A stretch of DNA of 64,000 nt from Eledone cirrhosa (taxonomy: Eukaryota). The translations under genes and the position numbers were made by a program. Under the pieces are notes generated by a model, which made no database searches, had not been told where the DNA came from, and saw nothing but the letters and a program-made list of their open reading frames with translations. Shown here in pieces: positions 39,179 through 52,427 of this stretch (position 1 is its first letter; every line of letters starts with the position of its first letter). The DNA is taken from the NCBI GenBank assembly GCA_964016885.1, contig OZ024753.1, positions 30,690,001-30,754,000 on the forward strand, given 5' to 3'.

Positions 39179-41664
39179 TTTGATGCTGTTATCAAATTCA
39201 ATTTTTAGGTTATGTTGGTTAAAGAGATTACGTATATTGTTCTTAATAATATTAAGGTTAACTATGTTGCAATTTAAGATAGTAAAGAGTCCATCGTCAC
39301 GATAAATTCCACCGCGAAGTTGAGGAATTTTCCGACTCAAAGAGTTCAAAATAAAGATACCAATTAAATCTGTCAATTGGGATGAATCGGATGCTCCCAT
39401 TGTGATGTCGAAGTTGTTAGAGGTATCGGCTCTGGTCCAATATCCGTTGTTGAACTCTAGGATGGTTTTACGTAATCTCTTTAACCAACATAACCTAAAA
39501 ATTGAATTTGATAACAGCATCAAACTAGCTAATTTCTTGGATGTATCTCTTAATCTTGACACTGGCCTATATTACCCTTACCATAAAAACAATGAGAACC
39601 TAAATTATGTTAACTTTAAATCTAACCATCCTACTAATATCAAGAATGCTATAGTTAGTAATATTGGAAAAAGAATATCTAACCTATCTTCTAATAAAAA
39701 CATCTTTGATGCTAACGCCAATTACTATAATAACGCGCTTTCTAAAGCCGGCTATCCTGATAAAATTAAATATAGTAAAGAAACAAATTCTAGAAGAAAT
39801 TACAGTAGAATAATTAATCATGATCATTCCAATAACTTTAATAAAAGACCTAGATACAAAAACATAATCTGGTATAATGCTCCTTTCTCCATCTCTATTA
39901 ATAACAATATTCCTAAATTATTCTTTAGTGCCTTAAATAAATGCTTCCCTCCCTCACATATCTATAGTAAAATATTTAACAAACACACTATAAAATTTTC
40001 CTATTCTACATCCTCCAACATTTCCAACATAAACAATAAAATACTAAATACTAAATCTCTTCCTTCCAACACTGAATATCATAATAATAGTACTCCCGAC
40101 GTCATTGTAAACCCTAGGCTAATTTCTACAAACCCAAATACAACGTCAAACACAACTTCGCTAAATGTTCTTAATCCCATTCTAAATCAAGAAACTATTA
40201 TTCTTATCGCAAATAACTTCTCCAATCCAATTCCTTCTATAGATAACACTAGGTCACTCATTAATAATCTCTCTAATCGCAATTGCAATTGCCCTATTAA
40301 AAATAAATGTCCTTTCAACAACCATTGTCTTGATAAAAACTTAATTTACGAATGTAAAGTTATAACTGACACCAATTCCTTCACCTATTTTGGCTCCACT
40401 TCCACCTCTTTTAAAGCTCGTCTTTATAACCATCATTCGTCTTTTAAATACAAACTTAAAAGAATCAACATGGCTCTCTCAGAACTCATATGGTCCTTGA
40501 AAGACAAAAATATTAAATATAGCATCTTTTGGAAGAAGGTTTATTCTACGTCTCCATACTTGAACAGTTCTCTATCCAAAATTTGCAATCTCTGCCTAAA
40601 TGAAAAATTTACCATTATTTCTAATTTAGATTCTATAATAAATAGACGCACTGACTTGTTTTCTATCTGCTTGCATAAATTCAATAAAACATTTCACAAA
40701 GTATACAGCTAATATTCAATTCTTTATCAATTTAGAATCTTTTTCTCAAAGGCACATATATATATATATACACTTCTTTTAAAAATATACCCATCTTTCT
40801 ACCTTATTTCAAAGGTTATTATACATTCTATAATACTTGTTACTCATTCTTCTCTTCTTCTTTTAATGTCTAACCCCTAATCTGTACCTTTTCTCACTCT
40901 TGCCTAACATAGAATCAATTATTACATAATACAACACACTCTTACTCTATATCACCTTGTAAAAATCCTTCGTAAACATATACATTTTTTGACGTTAGAT
41001 TATTCATCCTCAATTCATTATTCTTTTCTCCTTTTCATCTAACTCATTCATCTCACAATATTTCCTTACTTAAATAACCTGTTCCTTTTAATAATACATA
41101 TCAACATCTTCTTAACATCGCACATATTATTAAACCCTTAAACATTATTCTCAATACATATTAACATTTTCTTTTTTCATCGCACATATTATCAAACCCC
41201 TCAATATACAAACCTTAACTTTACATTATTTTTCTCTTCGTTAATTTTCAAATTCTTTTAATTTATTCATTATATTCCAATGGTTTTCAACCTCTCTATG
41301 TAAAACAATATATCTTTCTCAGTTATAAAAGCTATCTCTCTCTCTCTATCACCCATCTCTCCTCCTATCTCATCCTTCCTCATTTTACTCCTCCCTCTCC
41401 ACTTTTTACTCTCATCTCCTCCTCTTTTTCATCCTTTCCACCCCCCCCCTCTAAATAAAATATTTTTCCCAATATCACACATCAATCTAAAACTACTTCT
41501 CATATGTTGATTTAAAACTGAACTATCCACAAGTGTTTTTTAACCTTCATATCATGTCTTCATGTTTTATCTGATGAAAACACAAATATTATTGCATGAT
41601 GATATTTGTTTTTGAAATGCGCATAATAAAATACATGGAATTCTTTTAAACATCTTTTGTTCTT
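39179..41664 (+). mobile_element. Penelope-like element, 5'-truncated with 5' inversion
   Basis: Inverted RT core (MGASDS, YRDDG) at 39179-39468; + strand NFLDV, SNHP, Cys-rich CNC..CPF..C linker and GIY-YIG (LIYECK..YFGST..FKARLYNH) to 40712; long 3' UTR, hammerhead and AATAAA. Confidence 0.92.
41561..41636 (+). ncRNA. hammerhead ribozyme at the Penelope 3' end
   Basis: TTTTAT-CTGATGA-AAACACAAATATT..GATATTTGTTTTT-GAAA-TGCGCA-TA-ATAAAA; palindromic stem III. Confidence 0.8.
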
Positions 41665-41949
41665 ATATATATATACGTGTATATATATATATATACGTAT
41701 ATATATATATACATATATATATATATACGTGTGTATATATATATACATATATATATATATACGTGTGTATATATATATACATATACGTGTGTGTATATAT
41801 ATAAATATGCATGTATGTGTATACATACGCACACATATATATATACATATGCATATATATACACACACACATATATACATGCATATATATATATATATAT
41901 ACATACACACATATATACATACACATATATATAGTCTGGCAGTTGGTTT

Positions 41950-42008
41950 ATAACAATGTAAATAGATTTCACAAATCTTTCACAACTTTTTTCATCAGCT
42001 TTTATTAC
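41950..42008 (-). ncRNA. degenerate hammerhead candidate
   Basis: Minus strand CTGATGA-AAAAAGTT..AGATTTGT-GAAA-TCTATTTA with an imperfect stem I. Confidence 0.45.
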
Positions 42009-42034
42009 ATAAAATGTTTTATTGATAGCCAGCA

Positions 42035-42899
42035 ACTCACTCTTCCCTCTCTCCCCCTACCAATGAAGTACTAACTCTACCCTCCCTCACCCTACCAATG
42101 AAGTACTAACTCTTCCCTCCCTCACCCTACCAATGAAGTACTAACTCTTCCCTCCCTCACCCTACCAATGAAGTACTAACTCTACCCTCCCTCACCCTAC
42201 CAATGAAGTACTAACTCTACCCTCCCTCACCCTACCAATGAAGTACTAACTCTACCCTCCCTCACCCTACCAATGAAGTACTCACTCTTCCCTCTCTCCC
42301 CCTACCAATGAAGTACTAACTCTTCCCTCTCTCCCCCTACCAATGAAGTACTAACTCTTCCCTCCCTCACCCTACCAATGAAGTACTAACTCTACCCTCC
42401 CTCACCCTACCAATGAAGTACTAACTCTTCCCTCCCTCACCCTACCAATGAAGTACTAACTCTACCCTCCCTCACCCTACCAATGAAGTACTAACTCTAC
42501 CCTCCCTCACCCTACCAATGAAGTACTAACTCTACCCTCCCTCCCCCTACCAATGAAGTACTAACTCTACCCTCCCTCACCCTACCAATGAAATACTAAC
42601 TCTACCCTCCCTCCCCCTACCAATGAAATACTAACTCTACCCTCCCTCCCCCTACCAATGAAGTACTAACTCTTCCCTCCCTCACCCTACCAATGAAGTA
42701 CTAACTCTACCCTCCCTCAGCCTACCAATGAAATACTAACTCTACCCTCCCTCCCCCTACCAATGAAATACTAACTCTACCCTCCCCCCCCCCCCTACCA
42801 ATGAAGTACTAACTCTACCCTCCCTCACCCTACCAATGAAGTACTAACTCTACCCTCCCTCACCCTACCAATGAAGTACTAACTCTACCCACCCTCACC
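42035..42899. repeat. 35-bp minisatellite (~24 units)
   Basis: CTAACTCTACCCTCCCTCACCCTACCAATGAAGTA units. Confidence 0.98.
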
Positions 42900-43327
42900 A
42901 ATACAGTCAGTAGTGGCACCTGTCTTGTTTCATCACGTAAGAGGAAAATCAGCTTCTGTGTCCAGCTGTCCGACTGTTAGACTGTCTGACACTCGGACAG
43001 TCTGGCCAGTGAATCAATGAATGATTCTAATATCATGAAGTGACAAGAAATAGATTTTATTGTAGACTGAGATTAAAACAAAACAATAAAATATATAAAA
43101 ATAATAAAATAAAATAACACTTGCCGACATGGCCGAGTGGTTAGGGAGTTTGTTTAACACCCTTGTGGTTTCAGGTTCAGTCCCAGTGCCTTGCACCTTG
43201 AGCAAGTGTTCTCTATTATAGCCTCGCGTTGACGAATTTGTGAGGAAAATTTGGTCAGCAGAAGCTGTATGGTGGCCACTCATCTCTCTCTCTCTATATA
43301 TATATATATACATACAGACAGACAGAC

Positions 43328-43468
43328 AGAGGGTGGACCAAAAGTTGTGATACATAGGAAAAATAATTGTTTTTATAAGAAGCAATTTATTCATATAACA
43401 TGCTCTACGTGGAAATTTAAAAATGTAATTATTTTCCCTATGTATTGTGTCTTTTGGTCCACCTTTAT
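43328..43468. mobile_element. Tc1/mariner-type MITE
   Basis: AGGGTGGACCAAAAG / CTTTTGGTCCACCTT inverted ends in TA context. Confidence 0.55.
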
Positions 43469-43603
43469 ATATATATAACAAAGGTGTGGTAACATATGAG
43501 GTAGACCATAATGCACCAGGGTAGTAGAGTGAGTAATAGGAAAAGAGTCAGGATCTAGCTGTCAAAACGGCTGGCGCTCAGCTGTCAGGGTCCAGACACT
43601 TTT

Positions 43604-43644
<41 letters not shown>

Positions 43645-43719
43645 CAAGGAGACAACAAACAGAAGTACAAAAAGAGACAGGATCACAATGTGTGTGTGAA
43701 TGTATATTTATATATATGT

Positions 43720-43910
43720 ATAATTGTTTCTACTTTAGGCACAAGGCCAGCAATTACCCAGTGCATTACTGGTACTTTATTTTATCGACCCCGTAAGGAT
43801 GAAAGGCAAAGTGAACCTCGGCGGGATTTGAACTCAGATCGTAAAGGGCCGTAACTATGCTGGAAAGCATGGCGTCCGACCCTCCACTGATACTGCCAAT
43901 CCACCGCCCT
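43720..43910 (-). mobile_element. SINE family A, full length
   Basis: Reverse-complement homology to 7846-8037. Confidence 0.85.
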
Positions 43911-44864
43911 ACATATATATGTATAATGACTGACATTATAAGTACAAAAATGTTTAAATTGTGCCAGTCATAGTGGAAGTTGCAGGGAGGAGGTGGAGGA
44001 GAACTTTTTTTAATAATCCTGAAGAAAATGGTAGCAGAAGATTGGGAGCAAAATTGGAACAGATCTGCTATTAAAGAAAACCACATTATTAGCAACTGCA
44101 TAAATCCTTAGGAAGGTGATTGATTACTGAGCTGATGAAAGAATCCAAAAGGACCTGCCAATGCCAATCATTGGTCAAGAGTAGCCTGTAATATAGCGAA
44201 ATTCTATATCAGAAATATGGTTATGTTATAACTATAATATATTTGGAGTCAAACTGAGGGAAAAAAATGGAATTTTGACTACAGTAAAAGTATGCAAAAC
44301 TTCTGTGAGAAAACTCAAAAGTTGGTTAGAATTTGGCAGGAATGTAAAAATTAAGTTTTCATGTCTTTCCTAGACTTAATTAAATAATTAATACTCTTGA
44401 TTATTAAATTTGCTTTCTTGCATTAATTACTTACTAGACACTGTCCGTTATAGATTTCTCCCATAATTTATTTGACATTCTACATAGCATTAATTAATTT
44501 CTCTATGTAATTAATGTATGTATGTAATAGTATCTGGTTTCATTATGTAATTTGTACTTTATCTGTCAGAAAGGGGACAGAATATTTCAACTATGTTCTT
44601 TTCCTTTCTGTATAATGGTGAAGATCATAGTATAGACATGGCTCTCTGGTTTAAAAGTTCACTTTGAAATCACCTGATAGCCAGGTTCAGTTCCATTGCT
44701 TGGCACCGAGATGAAGTGTATTCTATGATACAATAGCTTCGGGCTGACCAATGGCTTGTGAGTTGGAAGAGAAATTCATAGACAGAAACAGTACAAAACC
44801 CATTGATTATGTCTGTGTCATCATTAAATATGACGACATAGACGCGCACACATATATCTGTATG

Positions 44865-44902
<38 letters not shown>

Positions 44903-44963
44903 TAATTACTGCCATGACTAAATTATAGCCATCAACATAGTCAAGGTATGTCAGGCATCAACT

Positions 44964-45029
44964 TATTTTATCTGATGAGGACATACTGTTGAAATAGCTC
45001 TGTACCTCTGAAATATGTATAATAAAATA
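44964..45029 (+). ncRNA. Penelope-type hammerhead ribozyme
   Basis: TATTTTAT-CTGATGA-(stem II)-GAAA-TATGTA-TA-ATAAAATA; perfect 8-bp stem I containing AATAAA. Confidence 0.65.
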
Positions 45030-45087
45030 TATTTGATCATATGAATGTCTATATTTATTAATATTTTTAAGAAATATATATATATAC

Positions 45088-45480
45088 ATCACCATCATCA
45101 TCATTTAATGTCAATTTTCCACATTTGCATGGGTAAGATGGGTTGTCATGTTATGAGACAATTCAGGTGAGGTGATCATGTCTTGCTTATACAGATCTGT
45201 ATTTTGACTTGATTTCTGCAGCTGGATGCCCTTCCTAACATCAATCACATTAGTGTGGACTGGGTGCTTTTCATTGTAGCACCGAAACGACCACTTAACA
45301 GGGTGTACTGGGTGTTCTTTGTTGTGTCTCCAACATGACCACCTTACAGGATGAACTGGGTGCTTCTTGTCATGTCACCAGCATGACCACATTACAGGAT
45401 GGACTGGGCGTTTTTGCTATGGCAATGAATCAACATACACGGTGGACTTAGTGCTTTTGTCATGGTAATGGCATTGTGGG
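45088..45480 (-). mobile_element. older V-domain SINE/RTE 3' UTR with expanded ~39-bp internal repeats
   Basis: GCTGGATGCCCTTCCTAACA followed by several ACTGGGTG...GACCAC units. Confidence 0.65.
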
Positions 45481-46642
45481 AGATCAGATGTAGAGTACGC
45501 CCAGCTTTTATGGGTTAGGCAAGCAAGGTGTATCAGGTTTGGAGGAGGGAAGGACAAGTAAGTAAGTACAACGTCAACAAGGTGTGTTGAATATTTAACT
45601 GGTGAGAGCAGGATATTAAAATTGAGGAGGGGTGAAGAGAAGATTGGTGCAGACTATTGTGTCCTCTACATGTTTTTTGCACATGGGAAGGTGGATCTTC
45701 TGCAGTACAGTATGATACCAGAGTATATTAGAAATAGTTTCTAAAATGTTCACAAGGCCAGAGATTTTAGGGGAAGAGAATCATTCATTATAGTGACCCA
45801 AGTATTTAACTGGTACTTCATATTATCAACTCCAGAAAGATGAAAGGCAAAGTTGACCTCAGCAGGGTTTGAAATCAGTACGTAACTAAACACCTCAAAG
45901 TATTTGTTTGATACTCTAATGACTCTGCCAATCTGCCACAAGTAAAAGAATAAAAGAATTTGTGTTTATCTGCTAAGCATATTTCCCAAGGGAGATAACA
46001 CTGACTGAGATGTTTATTTACTATGCCTACTTACTGTTCAGAGGTTCAACATATTTTACATAGTTCATAACTAAACCCCACAAGTACTTCTTATACTATT
46101 GTCATTATTTTATTACTTTTTTGTGGCAGGTAGCACAGTTACAAGAGCAGATTCTTGGTAAGACAAGACTGACCCAGTTTTGATTTCCAGTTGGAGTTTT
46201 AGTTATAAAAGAAAGCTATTAAAAGCCGCAAATTTGCGGTCATTAGAGCGTAGGACAAAATGCCTTGCACTATTTATTCTGGTGATCTGTGTTCTAAGTA
46301 AAATACTGATCCAGAATGATAGATTGATTGAATCATTAGAGTGTAAGACAAAATCATCGTCGTCGTTATTGTTTAAGGTCCGCTCTCCCTGCTAGCAAGG
46401 GTTGGATGGGTTTACATAGACCAAGTCAGTACTGAAGCGGGTCTACTAACCTCCTATTCAGGCTTGGGTTGACCTAAGGCTACAGTAGAATATATATATT
46501 TGAGGTACCATGCAGTGGAACCAAACTCACAACCTCATGTGGCAATTTTGGCAACCTCATGGCACTTTTGTGTATCTCCTAAGTCTTTATAGTGGTTCTG
46601 TATTGGCGCCTATAAAAATGTGAAAATGTCTTTATAGTTTAA

Positions 46643-46847
46643 CCCTTTAGCATTTACATTATTCTATACATACTATTGTATTTTTGTGGCTTTATTTCAC
46701 ATAATTATCACACATAATATCAAATCTATGAGATTTTGATATTATTTATTTTGAGAACAATACCTTAACATCAGAATGAGTAGCCAGTTATGGGTGGTTT
46801 GAAAAGAAAGAGGTGAGAGAATTCTGGCCGGTTTAAATGCTAAAGGG
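46643..46847. mobile_element. piggyBac-type MITE family 1
   Basis: TTAA target duplication and TIRs. Confidence 0.9.
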
Positions 46848-47151
46848 TTAAAAGGGAATGCTGAAAAATTCTTAACTTAACCTTTATACTTTTAAGCTAC
46901 CCGAAACCATCCATGTTTCTGTGATACAAATCTGTTTAGTTTAAAGTGTTTATATTTATCTAAACACTTTCTATCATAATTTTTTGTAAGAACCCATTTT
47001 GATGGGTTCCTATTTAGATTTAAATTTTTCAACAAAATGTTGAAGTTACTATATGTTAAGTTACTACCCTAGTATTGAAATAATTAACAGTTTTCGTAAA
47101 TCCCTGAAAAAATTTTAATTAATTGAAATACAATGTATTTTAAGAGAAATA

Positions 47152-47345
47152 GTCATCATTTTCATCATCATTGTCTTTAAGTCCATATTTCCATGCTTGC
47201 ATGGATGGGGTGGGTCCTTCTCAGCACAGCACCTCTCTAATCACCATGTTCCTTCATCATTTTCTCTGTGAGCCTCAGAAATTTGAGGTCAGCTTTCATC
47301 ACTTCTGCCCAGGTCTTTCTTGGTCTACTTCTACAGCAGCTTCCT
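47152..47345 (-). mobile_element. old RTE 3' end nested in a family 2 MITE
   Basis: [16 protein letters not shown] plus (GAT)n tail. Confidence 0.7.
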
Positions 47346-47974
47346 GACACTCACAAAAGGGTTATGGGTCTTTTTAACTTTCTCAGTAATATTTCGAAGT
47401 TTGTATTGAGAAAATAGGTTGGAGACCACTCATCTAGGCTACATTCACTTTTCATAGTAATAGGCAGAACAGCAAAATCAATAAGGAAATTTTCTGCTCA
47501 ACAAGAACAACAAAAACAACCAAAACTCTAAATACAAAAGTAATATGAACAGACAATAAAAATGAAAGATAATACCATTTAAATTGACCATTAATATTCC
47601 GTAATAAGTATTGTCTGAGTAATTTACCTTTTACATAGCAGATAATCTAACAATGTCAGATTAAGTTATTAATTCTTTTGTTAAGATTTTTTTGCTTATC
47701 ATGAAATCTATTTCCTTGGGAAGAAGTTAACAATGAAATATTGAAATATCAAACACTTTGACTCTAGATATTTATATGAATGTATATATGTATATCATTG
47801 GATATCCATCTAAACCCTCATATATATATATATACATATATATATATACTCACTCACACAGACATATATATATAAATATATATATATTTATATATGTGTG
47901 TGTGTGTGTGTGTGTATATGTCTTACCCTGGTGAGGGCTTTAGACCCCTGATTGAGTTGTATGAGCAGCCTCAT

Positions 47975-48395
47975 TTGAAGGGAAGAGGAAAGTTGATTAA
48001 ATCAATCCCAGTGCATTACTGGTACTTTATTTTATTGACCCTGTTTGCGCAGCATTATAATCATGGCAGTTCGTACATCCCTTTATGATCTGAGTTCAAA
48101 TCCCGCTGAGGTTAACTTTGCCTTTCATTCTTACGGGGTCGATAAAATAAAGTACCAGTAATGTACTGGGTAATTGCTGGCCTTGTGTCAAAAGTAGAAA
48201 CAATTATAATCTTGGCAGTATCGGTAGAGTGTCAAACACAGTGCTTCGCACCAAAGAGTTACGTCCCTTTTCGTTCTGAATTCAAATCCTGCCACGGTTA
48301 ACTTTGCCTTTCATCCTTACAGGGTCGAGAAAATAGAGTACCAGTAATACACTGGGATAATTGCTGGCCTTGTGCTAAAAGTAGAAACAATTATA
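47975..48395. mobile_element. cluster of SINE family A copies
   Basis: One minus-strand fragment and two plus-strand copies with core and tail. Confidence 0.75.
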
Positions 48396-49109
48396 ATCAA
48401 CAATTTATGGTGATGGTAGATATTTATAATCGTAGAAGATCTATATGGATTACCATGCAGATGTAAGAATATTTTATTTCCAATAAAACAAACTGCTCTT
48501 GATATGAAACTAGATGGTAGCCAACATAATGTGGTGTAATATTGTTATTATGTAACTACACAAACACACACATACATACACATGTACACATATATATCTA
48601 TATATATGTGTTTATATATATGTATATATATACTCACACACATAATCATATATATCTATTTATATATGTATGTATATATATATATGTGTGTGAATGTATA
48701 CATACATATATAAATAGATATATATGATTATGTGTGTGTATATAGATAGAGATAGATAGATTGATTTAGATATAATTCTTCTGTGTTAAGTTTCACAGAA
48801 AGAAAGAGAAAGAGAGAGAGAGAGAGACATATATCCTCATTGCATCTATTAACATCATGATAATAATGAATTACTATCATTGTTGTTGTTGTTGCTGTTG
48901 CTACTGCTGCTATTGATGTTGTTGTTGTTGTTGGGTGTGTGGGAGGAATGTTCTGAAAAGAAGAAACAGAAAAATGAAAAAAAAAAAAAAGATCATCTTG
49001 GAATGTCTAATATTTTTCAACAGAAAAATGTAAGAGACAATGGCTATTGTATCGAGTAGAAGTGGAATATGATTCTGTAGATGATGGTAATGATGATGAT
49101 GGTTAAAAA

Positions 49110-49460
49110 GAGATATGAAGAACGGATTGAAAGTGAAATTCCCAGGAAGCATGGGAAACAAAGAAGAGTTGATATGCAATGAGTGGGGAAGAGTCTGCCT
49201 CAGCAAAGCTGGATTAATGTGTCACAACAGGTGCCATGTAAAAAGTGCTGATGCAGATTACATTGATGCATATGGTATAATAATCTGCCATCAATGTGGT
49301 AAAATCTGCCAAACTGCAGGATTGGTGCAGAACATGGAATTACATGGCAACCAGACACCAATTCCTGTTACCGAAAGCCATGTCTATAACATCTGTGTCA
49401 CAGAATGTAGGACTCTTGTTGGCCTACAAAGTCACAACTGTGCTGCACACATGTAGAAGC
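49110..49460 (+). mobile_element. decayed zinc-finger tail of the 35.9-37.1 kb RTE family
   Basis: CLSKAGLMCH, CHQCGKIC, CRTLVGLQSH parallel the three fingers at 36810-37100. Confidence 0.7.
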
Positions 49461-49561
49461 GTGTTTGCAAGAATTTCAAGTGATGACTAAACTTGAGTGC
49501 AAGGTAGTTGCCATCATGTGTATTTATGTGTTGTTACAAGGTCCGTCTCATTTGCATTATA

Positions 49562-49750
49562 TGGCGGTGGATTGGCAGTATCACTAGAGGGTCAGACGCT
49601 TTGCAGCACAGAGCTACGTCCCATTATGGTCTGAGTTCAAATCCCGCTGAAGTTAACTTTGTCTTTCATCCTTATGGGGTTGATAAAATAAAGTACCAGT
49701 AATTCACTGGAATAATTGCTGGCCTTGTGCCAAAAGTAGAAACAATTATA
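49562..49750 (+). mobile_element. SINE family A
   Basis: Full head, core and tail. Confidence 0.85.
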
Positions 49751-50184
49751 TATATATATGATAATAATGATGGGTGCGCGTTGCAAATGGGGTGCATATG
49801 AAAAAGTAAGTCCTTCATCAGTGACTCTCCAACCGTCCCAGGCATTTCATCGCTTTAAGGGCCATATACCTCAGGTTGGTGCGAACAACGGCTAAAAAAA
49901 GTCGTTGGGACACGTAAATAAAGGGGATGGTTGGAGGGGACAGTTGGAGGGTCACTGATGAAGGACTTACTTTTTCATATATATATATATATATATATAT
50001 ATGTATAAATAATTACAACAGTGACATATGACAGGCTAAATGAGTTCAGATCCAGAATCCAATGAAATTTAAGTACCTGTTTATGTCACTGTTGTAATTA
50101 TTTATACTAAACTCGTCTGAGTGCTCTTACTCTTGGATATTTCTACCAAACTTTTACTACAGTATACGAGGTTTTATATATATC

Positions 50185-50507
50185 TCCAGTTTACTCAGCT
50201 GTAGAAATGAGATGATAAGGATTGGGGTCCCTATCATTTCACTGCAAAGTGGTCGTGGAGGTGCCACGGCAAAAAAGCACCCAGCCCACACAGTAAAGTG
50301 GACGTGGAGGGGCCATGGAAAAAAAAGCACCCAGCACTCACTGTAAATGAGGTTGGTGTTAGGAAGGGAATCGAGCTGTAGAAATCAAGCCAGAATCAGT
50401 TCCCGTATGACCAAGGCATGGTCAGCTGACCAGACACTGCCCACAACAGGACAACCCATCTAACCCATGCTAGCGTGGAAGAACGGACATAAAACGGTGA
50501 TGATGAT
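50185..50507 (+). mobile_element. SINE family B variant carrying the RTE family B tail
   Basis: SINE body CTCCAGTTTACTCAGCTGTAGAAATGAG joined to a tail matching 7460-7567. Confidence 0.85.
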
Positions 50508-50667
50508 ATAGCAGTAGTACTTGTTAGGGCCCCATTTATGGATTAAATAACTACCTTGTTCAAGTGGTGCCGGGAAGGTATCATCAGCCTTTGAAAAGAA
50601 ACATATATGTATGTGTGTGTGTGTAACTCTAAAATATACTGGTATACTGGTTTCTATTAAGATTGGG

Positions 50668-50735
50668 TAGAAGAGAGAGAGACACAGAGAGAAAGAAGGG
50701 GATAAAGGGAGAGGGAAGTGAGAGGAAGAGAGATC

Positions 50736-50766
<31 letters not shown>

Positions 50767-50918
50767 AAGAAGGGAATAAAGGGGGAGAGAGAGAAATAGA
50801 TATATAGATAGATAGAGAGAAGGGAAGAAAGAAGGAGTTAGAGAGAGAGAGAGAAATAAACAGAGAGAAAAGACAGAGAGAGAAAGAAGAGAAGAAAGAG
50901 GGAGAGAGAGAGAGAGAA

Positions 50919-50949
<31 letters not shown>

Positions 50950-50955
50950 TGGAGA
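50668..50955. repeat. (GA)n polypurine tract
   Basis: Directly visible. Confidence 0.9.
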
Positions 50956-51471
50956 CAAGTTTCATATTGCTACTCATACTCACACTTATACTCAACCTCA
51001 CACATTTTAATATCACTTCAATTGTTGAGTGTAAAAAGGGTTAAAACTATCAGCTGCAATAATACAGCTGTTAATGTTTTCTTACTTTCTTCTTTTCTTT
51101 ATTCCTTTGTCTTCCCTTTTTTATCTTCCTTGCCAGGGAGGAGCACCACAGATGCATTCTTTTTAGGGAGACAACTACATGAGAAGTTTCTAGCCAAGTA
51201 TAAACCTCTATATCTAGCTTTTGTTGATCCCCCCCCCCCACACACACACACACAGTCTCTGCATATATATATATATAAGAATTAAAATACTAGAGTATGT
51301 TGGAGTTAAACACCCTCTTCGTATTATAGAAATGACAGTAAAAGTATAGCATAGCTCAATGTAATTAAACAGAGCCGAAGAATTATGAAAATAAACCAAA
51401 GAAGCCTTCAATACATCAAAAGTCTTTATTAGCCAACAATGTTTCGTCATATTAAGGACTCATATATATAT

Positions 51472-52381
51472 ATCATCATCATCATCATCATCATCAGGTT
51501 TAGCGTCTGTGTTCCACGCTTGCATGGGTTTGGACGGGGGTTTTCCCACTTGAGGCAAGAGTGGTTGTCTTGCTCGCATAGGACTGTCTGGCGGGTTTTC
51601 TACAGTTGGATGCCCTTCCTAACACCAACCACATTTACAGTGTGGGGCTGGGAGGTTTTTACCGTGTTGCCTACACGGCCACATTACAGCGTGGACTGTC
51701 TGGCGGGTTTTCTACAGCTGGATGCCCTTCCTAACACCAACCACATTTACAGTGTGGGGCTGGGAGGTTTTTACCGTGTTGCCTACACGGCCACATTTAC
51801 AGCGTGGACTGTGTGTTTTTTGTCGTGACACCTACACGATCTCATTTGTTTCGGCCTGGATGTTGTGGGACCAACATAACTTTACATTGAAAGGGGCGGT
51901 GTGGGTGGGGTGGAGGTGGTGGGACGGGGGTGTGTTTTGATAGAGATGCCTACTGACTGTAGTAGGTTTTTACTTTGTATTTAGGTAAGGCGGGTCTTCT
52001 CTATTACTGAGTACCGCCAAAGGTCTCGGTCCAGTGACATTGTCTTGGAGAGGTGTAAGCATGTGAGGTCGGAATTTATCAGCTCGTCCCATGTTTTTCT
52101 AGGTCTGCCTACTCCGTGGCTACCGTCTATCTTTATTGCCCTGCACTTTGTTATACAGCTATCGTCTTTCATGCGCATCACGTGACCGTACCAACGTAGC
52201 CTTCTCTCGAGTAAACAACATCTGATCCCTCTTATTTCTAATTTTTTCCTTAGTTCGTTTATGCTTTGCCGTTCACGTATATTACTATTGCACATCCAGC
52301 GGAGCATGCAAGCTTCGTTCCTCTCTAGTCTGCGTATATCCTCTGCACACAATGCCCAGGTCTCACTGCCATGCAGCATTG

Positions 52382-52383
<2 letters not shown>
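51472..52383 (-). mobile_element. RTE family A 3' end with ~112-bp tandem duplication in the 3' UTR
   Basis: AMLHGSETW...EKTRLT; 51582-51693 repeated from 51694. Confidence 0.92.

Positions 52384-52427
<44 letters not shown>

Noticed and set aside
9351-42899. Regular 30-48 bp repeats as CRISPR-like arrays
   Set aside because: Head-to-tail units without unique spacers, eukaryotic context, no cas genes
46130-46157. 28-nt candidate exon (VAQLQEQIL) with good splice signals
   Set aside because: No partner exons or recognisable protein; cannot be supported without RNA data
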